The position numbers and the translations under genes were made by a program. A DNA stretch of 29,957 nt from a virus (taxonomy: Duplodnaviria > Caudoviricetes): the IMG/VR virus record IMGVR_UViG_3300049844_000141, positions 1 through 29,957 of that record; one strand, given 5' to 3'. Shown here one piece after another: positions 25,569 to 29,957 of the stretch (its first letter is position 1; every line of letters starts with the position of its first letter). Below the pieces are notes generated by a model. That model did not search any database, was not told the origin of the DNA, and was given only the letters and a program-made list of their open reading frames with translations.

Positions 25569-26225
25569 ATGGCTTTAATCAGAGATAGACATAACATAAT
25601 AATTCAGCATGTTTATACAGATCCTACAAATGAGGCTTATTATGATGGGGGCGACAGCATCTCTAGAACTGGGATAATGGCTTTATGTGGCAGTAAATTA
25701 GATTCTACAATTATGGAAATGGATTATAGAACTACTAATGGCGAGATTGTCAGACATCCATATGATAAGGACCCAAGATGGAAAGATTATAAAGAGACTT
25801 CGCGCGATCAGTTAGTATGTGCAGTAGTAGGAATGAATAAGGAAGCTGCTGAAAAAGTTAGAAAGCGTCATAACTTAATGTTTATTAATAAAGATTTTTT
25901 AGCCCCAGATGTGATGCTTCATTTAGCTTTATGCGCAGACCATTGGTCAAAACATTTATGGGGAATTATAGGATATCCATGGTTAATGCTCTCCATTTTT
26001 TGGAGCACTAAAATTAAACCAGATCATGAGCTTAACCAAATTTTTTGTCAGTGTGTAATTGCTGGACCAAAGTATTTACAAAAGTTAATTAATATGCATC
26101 CTAATTGGAGAATTAATTTAGAAGATTATTGGGGTAAATATCCTAATACGTCGCATGGTTACTGGCGCGCTCAACCTGAGATTGCAGAAGCAATGATTAA
26201 ATTTGCTGAAAGGTTTTTAAAATGA
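25569..26225 (+). CDS. Hypothetical protein, possibly enzymatic
   Basis: 218 aa; DGGDSISRTG, VRHP, SRDQL motifs; Trp-rich helical C-terminal half. Confidence 0.7.
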   Translation: MALIRDRHNIIIQHVYTDPTNEAYYDGGDSISRTGIMALCGSKLDSTIMEMDYRTTNGEIVRHPYDKDPRWKDYKETSRDQLVCAVVGMNKEAAEKVRKRHNLMFINKDFLAPDVMLHLALCADHWSKHLWGIIGYPWLMLSIFWSTKIKPDHELNQIFCQCVIAGPKYLQKLINMHPNWRINLEDYWGKYPNTSHGYWRAQPEIAEAMIKFAERFLK

Positions 26226-26317
26226 TTAGTTTACTAGATTTGATTTGTATAGGAGCTTTTGGTATATTTTTATTAGTAAACATTTCAAATTCCTTAGATA
26301 AAAAGGATGAAGAATAA
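26222..26317 (+). CDS. 31-aa membrane peptide, holin/antiholin candidate
   Basis: Below cutoff; MISLLDLICIGAFGIFLLVNISNSLDKKDEE; ATGA and TAATG coupling on both sides; directly upstream of the endolysin. Confidence 0.55.
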   Translation: MISLLDLICIGAFGIFLLVNISNSLDKKDEE

Positions 26318-26688
26318 TGCTTACACCTAAATCTAAAGATCGTTTAAATACATGTGACCCAAAATTAATCAAATTAATTGAAGCAGTAGCAACTAGTCGG
26401 CCAGTTTACGTAACTTGTGGTCATCGTAATAAAGCAGATCAGGATGCTGCAGTTAAAGGCGGATTTAGTAAGACGCCATTCCCTACTTCTAAACATAACT
26501 CTCTACCAAGTAAAGCTGTTGATTTAGCGCCCATGTCACCCATTGATTGGAAAAACATAGAGGCCTTTAAAGAATTGGGTAAACAAGTAAAAGAGAAGGC
26601 TCAAGAATTAAATATCAAAATTAGATGGGGTGGTGACTTCACATCATTTAAAGATTATCCACATTTTGAATTAGTAGGAGAAGGTTAA
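26317..26688 (+). CDS. Endolysin, M15 L-Ala-D-Glu peptidase
   Basis: GHRN..DQ, SKHN...AVD, IRWGGDF, DYPHFEL zinc-ligand motifs as in T5-type endolysins. Confidence 0.92.
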   Translation: MLTPKSKDRLNTCDPKLIKLIEAVATSRPVYVTCGHRNKADQDAAVKGGFSKTPFPTSKHNSLPSKAVDLAPMSPIDWKNIEAFKELGKQVKEKAQELNIKIRWGGDFTSFKDYPHFELVGEG

Positions 26689-26915
26689 TGGAATACGTTT
26701 TATTAGTTGCAGTTACTGGCGGAATAGTTTATTATTTCTTAAATAAAGGAAATGGAGCTGCTAAGCTTACACTTCTTAAGAATGAAGATATTGAATTGCA
26801 AAAAAAGATTGAAGTTAAAAAAGAAGAGAATAAACAAAATAAGGAGTCTTATGAAGAAGCTAGGAAGCGTTTTACTATTAAGTATGGCAATAATTCTGAC
26901 CCCAATAAACCTTAA
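26688..26915 (+). CDS. i-spanin-like protein
   Basis: N-terminal TM plus coiled coil, coupled to the endolysin. Confidence 0.55.
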   Translation: MEYVLLVAVTGGIVYYFLNKGNGAAKLTLLKNEDIELQKKIEVKKEENKQNKESYEEARKRFTIKYGNNSDPNKP

Positions 26916-27144
26916 AGCGGAAGACGCTTGTCAACCTGTTATAGATGAGTGTATAAACGTATTAGATCAAGCTGATAAGTATGTAAAAAGTTTACAGGAA
27001 GAGAATAGTTTACAAAGTGAACTTCTCAAAAATAGACAAGGCCAAATTAATGAGCAAAATAACGAACTTAATAAGTTTTATAGAAATCCCTTAACAATGT
27101 TCTTGCTTGGAGCGCTGGCAACTGGTATCCTAATAAATAAGTAA
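26851..27144 (+). CDS. Spanin-partner-like exported coiled-coil protein with C-terminal hydrophobic helix
   Basis: Start moved from 26752 to ATG 26851 (AAGGAG RBS); signal peptide MKKLGSVLLLSMAIILTPINLKA; overlaps the previous gene by 65 nt. Confidence 0.55.
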   Translation: MKKLGSVLLLSMAIILTPINLKAEDACQPVIDECINVLDQADKYVKSLQEENSLQSELLKNRQGQINEQNNELNKFYRNPLTMFLLGALATGILINK

Positions 27145-27159
27145 TACTAGGAGGTCCAA

Positions 27160-27603
27160 ATGTTAGCCTTTTCAACAGCTTTAATTACCGCTTTAGGTAT
27201 AAAAGCGCAAATAGTACAGGAAACCTATACAGAGTCGCTTAAATATGGTATAGATCCTATATTAGTTTTAGCCATAATAAAGACTGAATCCAACTTCAAA
27301 ATTACAGCAATTGGGGCCTCTCATAAAGAAAGAGGCCTTATGCAGCTACATCCTAGGTATTTTCCTACCGCTAAATTAGATATAAAAACGAATATAGCAA
27401 CTGGTATAAAACACCTTGCAAAAATGAAGAAAGCCTGTGAAAATAGGTATAAAGATGCTTGGTTTGTTTGTTATAATACAGGAGCAAGCATTAAGTTAAA
27501 GTACCCAAAGTTACATACTTATTATAGGAAGGTTTATGAAAACTACAACTACAAAGCCAGGAACAATACACATAGAGTGTGCCTTACACCCAGTATCCGT
27601 TAA
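27160..27603 (+). CDS. Lytic transglycosylase (SLT domain)
   Basis: AIIKTESNF (catalytic Glu), GLMQL, YNTG motifs; GGAGG RBS. Confidence 0.9.
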   Translation: MLAFSTALITALGIKAQIVQETYTESLKYGIDPILVLAIIKTESNFKITAIGASHKERGLMQLHPRYFPTAKLDIKTNIATGIKHLAKMKKACENRYKDAWFVCYNTGASIKLKYPKLHTYYRKVYENYNYKARNNTHRVCLTPSIR

Positions 27604-27856
27604 GTTTGTAACAGGAGCCTACGTATCTAAAATAGCTCAATGTTCGGCAGCTGGAGTTTATGATCCAGCTAAAAATACTATTTACATAGATAAGAAGTTA
27701 CCAGATTTTGAGCGGTTGCATGTTTTAATGCATGAACTTAAACATGCTTACGACTATCAGACCCGTGAACTTAATGAAGAAGATAATTGTGACGCTTTTG
27801 GAGCATTGCTAATTAGGTTATTTAATCTAAAGCATGTATCAGATGTATGTCGTTAG
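27536..27856 (+). CDS. HExxH metallopeptidase-like protein (ImmA/IrrE-like)
   Basis: TIYID...RLHVLMHELKHA...EEDNCDAF. Confidence 0.75.
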   Translation: MKTTTTKPGTIHIECALHPVSVKFVTGAYVSKIAQCSAAGVYDPAKNTIYIDKKLPDFERLHVLMHELKHAYDYQTRELNEEDNCDAFGALLIRLFNLKHVSDVCR

Positions 27857-28089
27857 TAGAAGTAACACTACTTGCAATCTGTTTAAATACTTACAACAAA
27901 GAATTAGAGGCATGTAAAAGTGTCTCAAAAGCTGTACATTTACAGAACCAGGAAGTCTTTAAGCCTATAAACTCATGGGAACTGCAAATGCAGGCAAAAG
28001 TACCTGTATGGCTAAAGCATACGATTGTATTCTCAGAAGCTATTAATAAACAAACTATTTACATCCCAATAATAGATAAGGAGTTTTAA
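27847..28089 (+). CDS. Hypothetical protein
   Basis: 80 aa; tight packing; hydrophobic N-terminus, two Cys. Confidence 0.55.
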   Translation: MSLVEVTLLAICLNTYNKELEACKSVSKAVHLQNQEVFKPINSWELQMQAKVPVWLKHTIVFSEAINKQTIYIPIIDKEF

Positions 28090-28090
28090 C

Positions 28091-28294
28091 ATGGTAGAAT
28101 TAGGTATGATTGTTATGATTTTTTGGCCTCTTCAACCGGAATATCATGGCTGTACAGGTTTGCTGTATAAACTAGAATACATTGAAGAGCTTAAAGAGAC
28201 AACGACTGTCTTAAAAAAGGTTGAGTGCAAGGATGGAAGCAAATACGACTATATCGTCGGCATCAGGAAAGATTACCTCAGACCAGCCAAATAA
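28091..28294 (+). CDS. Hypothetical protein (SH3-like beta pattern)
   Basis: 67 aa; AAGGAG RBS. Confidence 0.6.
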   Translation: MVELGMIVMIFWPLQPEYHGCTGLLYKLEYIEELKETTTVLKKVECKDGSKYDYIVGIRKDYLRPAK

Positions 28295-28301
28295 GCCTTT
28301 A

Positions 28302-28859
28302 ATGTTTGTAATAGCCATAGATCCAGGAAGTGGCGTCAGCTCACCAACTGGATTAACTATAATAGAGTATTATTCTAAAGAGATTTTTGTAGCTAAAAAC
28401 TTATATACTAAAAAACGTGAATTAGCTCATAGAATTAAAGATATTTCAGATAATTTAGAGATAGAAGTATTAGAATTTTTAAAAATGTTACCTAAAGAAG
28501 CCATCTGCCTAGTTTGCATAGAGTCCTTTGTAATGCGGGGCAAAGGTGGCGAAACCTTACAACGCCTTATAGGCTCCTTTATGGGCCGTATTCCATACCA
28601 TATACCAATAGAACATGTCCAAAATACTACGGTTAAGCTGGCAATGGCTGGTAACGGTCATGCTGAAAAGGAACTAGTTGCCTTAGGCGTCTTAAAGTTC
28701 TTTGAAAGTAACCAGGAGTCTAAAGCATTAATTGAAAAGTTGACAAAAGCTAAAGAAGCTGATATCTTAGACTCATTTGCGATTGGAGTCACTGGGTGTC
28801 TAAAATTACTAGGAAAAAGCTTTCTAAACCTAAAAAAGGCAAAAAAGCGCTCGAAGTAA
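28302..28859 (+). CDS. RuvC-like Holliday junction resolvase
   Basis: VIAIDPG, CIESF, GNGHAEK, DILDSFAIG acidic motifs; start placed at MFVIAID (track start 28221 is an alternative). Confidence 0.85.
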   Translation: MFVIAIDPGSGVSSPTGLTIIEYYSKEIFVAKNLYTKKRELAHRIKDISDNLEIEVLEFLKMLPKEAICLVCIESFVMRGKGGETLQRLIGSFMGRIPYHIPIEHVQNTTVKLAMAGNGHAEKELVALGVLKFFESNQESKALIEKLTKAKEADILDSFAIGVTGCLKLLGKSFLNLKKAKKRSK

Positions 28860-29269
28860 GAAATGATGTAACTATCCATCCAGCTACTATTCTGTATAGA
28901 AGTAGAATGGATTTCCTGGAAATAGCTGTACATATAAGAGATGCCTTTATTAAATATGTTACAGATGAGGAAGCTATGGGCGGTCCAATCGATAAGGATA
29001 CTATTAACTTAGTAGGCCTCTCAGAGTTTTTAATAGAACGAAATCAAACAGACATGCCTACTTATGCCACTACCATTAGCCAAAAGTTAGCTAATACACC
29101 ACAAAGATTTGCAGAATATTTACGAAATGGATTAACTCCAGATGCCCTACAAGAGTTTGTAAATACAGATTTTGGTAAAGGCGTTTTATTAGGAAGTTAT
29201 ATTGAGTATGAGGCAACACAAGCGCGTGAAGATGAGAAGAAAGCATTAGAGGAAATGGAAAATGTTTAA
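28796..29269 (+). CDS. Hypothetical protein
   Basis: 157 aa; Lys-rich N-terminus overlapping the resolvase gene end; start uncertain. Confidence 0.65.
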   Translation: MSKITRKKLSKPKKGKKALEVRNDVTIHPATILYRSRMDFLEIAVHIRDAFIKYVTDEEAMGGPIDKDTINLVGLSEFLIERNQTDMPTYATTISQKLANTPQRFAEYLRNGLTPDALQEFVNTDFGKGVLLGSYIEYEATQAREDEKKALEEMENV

Positions 29270-29870
29270 TCCTAAAAGCAAAAAATTTAGCATCTTAGAG
29301 GAAATTGATTGGATAAGACGTAAAAATAGAATTGCTAAGTATAGACCACATAGAAGACCACAAGATAAGTATATGCATAGAAAGTCTAAAGTGGCGGGGA
29401 AACCTTTACACATGTTCCCCTCGTTAAGAGAGAGTGTGGAATTTAAAAAAATAGTTAAGTATTTTATTGAACCTTTAATGGATCAACCCTCAATGAAAAA
29501 CCTATCACTAGAAGAACGCCTAGATTTAATCTTCTGTGTCTCAACTAGAGACATTGTTCCAGCTGTCTTAATCGAAGAGATACCAAGAATGCCTGGATTA
29601 GTAGCTCAATTAGATGGAGTAAGAAGGCCGCCGACTGTAAGCGAGGCTAAGTTCCCAAAAGGATGCCCTGTATTCGTTAGAATAGACGATAAGAATAAAC
29701 TTAAAGTAGAGATTGAAAATTGTGAAAAACCTGATTTACTTTTTGAGTTAACTATTGTAGAGTATAAATCTATAATAAACAAACTTAGGGAGATTGAAGG
29801 ATGCAACTATCGCTTAGACCCTCCGGGGGAGATACGCCAAAGGGACGGGACTTATACGGATGCGACATAG
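29262..29870 (+). CDS. Hypothetical basic protein
   Basis: 202 aa; GAGG RBS; Arg/Lys-rich N-terminus. Confidence 0.65.
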   Translation: MFNPKSKKFSILEEIDWIRRKNRIAKYRPHRRPQDKYMHRKSKVAGKPLHMFPSLRESVEFKKIVKYFIEPLMDQPSMKNLSLEERLDLIFCVSTRDIVPAVLIEEIPRMPGLVAQLDGVRRPPTVSEAKFPKGCPVFVRIDDKNKLKVEIENCEKPDLLFELTIVEYKSIINKLREIEGCNYRLDPPGEIRQRDGTYTDAT

Positions 29871-29957
29871 AGACGGTATGTAATGTACCTGACTGTGGTG
29901 GATTTAATACCAGTGAGAAGTGTGAACACGCCTTAGATTTTAATAGAAATAGAATTA
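29801..29957 (+). CDS. N-terminus of a probable DNA polymerase (family A-type 3'-5' exonuclease domain), truncated by the window
   Basis: Not in ORF track; GGGAG RBS; MQLSLRPSGGDTPKGRDLYGCDIETVCNVPDCGGFNTSEKCEHALDFNRNRI; DIET...ALDF...RI matches the Exo I D-x-E-T...LD...rI pattern. Confidence 0.5.
   Translation, partial: MQLSLRPSGGDTPKGRDLYGCDIETVCNVPDCGGFNTSEKCEHALDFNRNRI

Noticed and set aside
1-29957. Stop-codon reassignment, introns/inteins, integrase, tRNA genes
   Set aside because: Genes are intact and densely packed under code 11 with TAA, TAG and TGA all used as stops; terL and helicase are of normal length; no recombinase motifs or cloverleaf seen.

Overview
AT-rich segment of a tailed dsDNA phage genome with a podovirus-type head-tail module; both window edges fall inside genes. 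Left arm (1-19252, minus strand) is one morphogenesis region: terS, terL, portal, scaffold, head proteins, HK97-fold major capsid, a ~5.3-kb cassette of 12 small, partly paralogous virion-appendage genes, an adaptor-fibre fusion, tail fibre, nozzle/stabilisation protein and a second fibre. The centre (19253-21725) is a control region with sigma70 promoters, a consensus sigma54 promoter driving five micro-ORFs, a 33-bp tandem repeat beside an AT-rich tract, and a long hairpin. The right arm (21726-29957, plus strand) encodes a VapE-type helicase, an ECF-sigma-like protein, a membrane-anchored trypsin protease, a lysis cassette (M15 peptidase, spanin-like pair, lytic transglycosylase), an HExxH peptidase, a RuvC-like resolvase and the start of a probable DNA polymerase exonuclease domain. 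No integrase, tRNA, CRISPR array or reverse transcriptase was seen. Most notable unexplained signals: a dispersed quasi-palindromic 13-mer (GCAACYAGTTGGC and variants), phased at 33 bp in the control region and also embedded in coding sequence; the sigma54-driven micro-gene operon; and the multi-paralogue appendage cassette. All calls come from motif recognition by eye; no searches were run.
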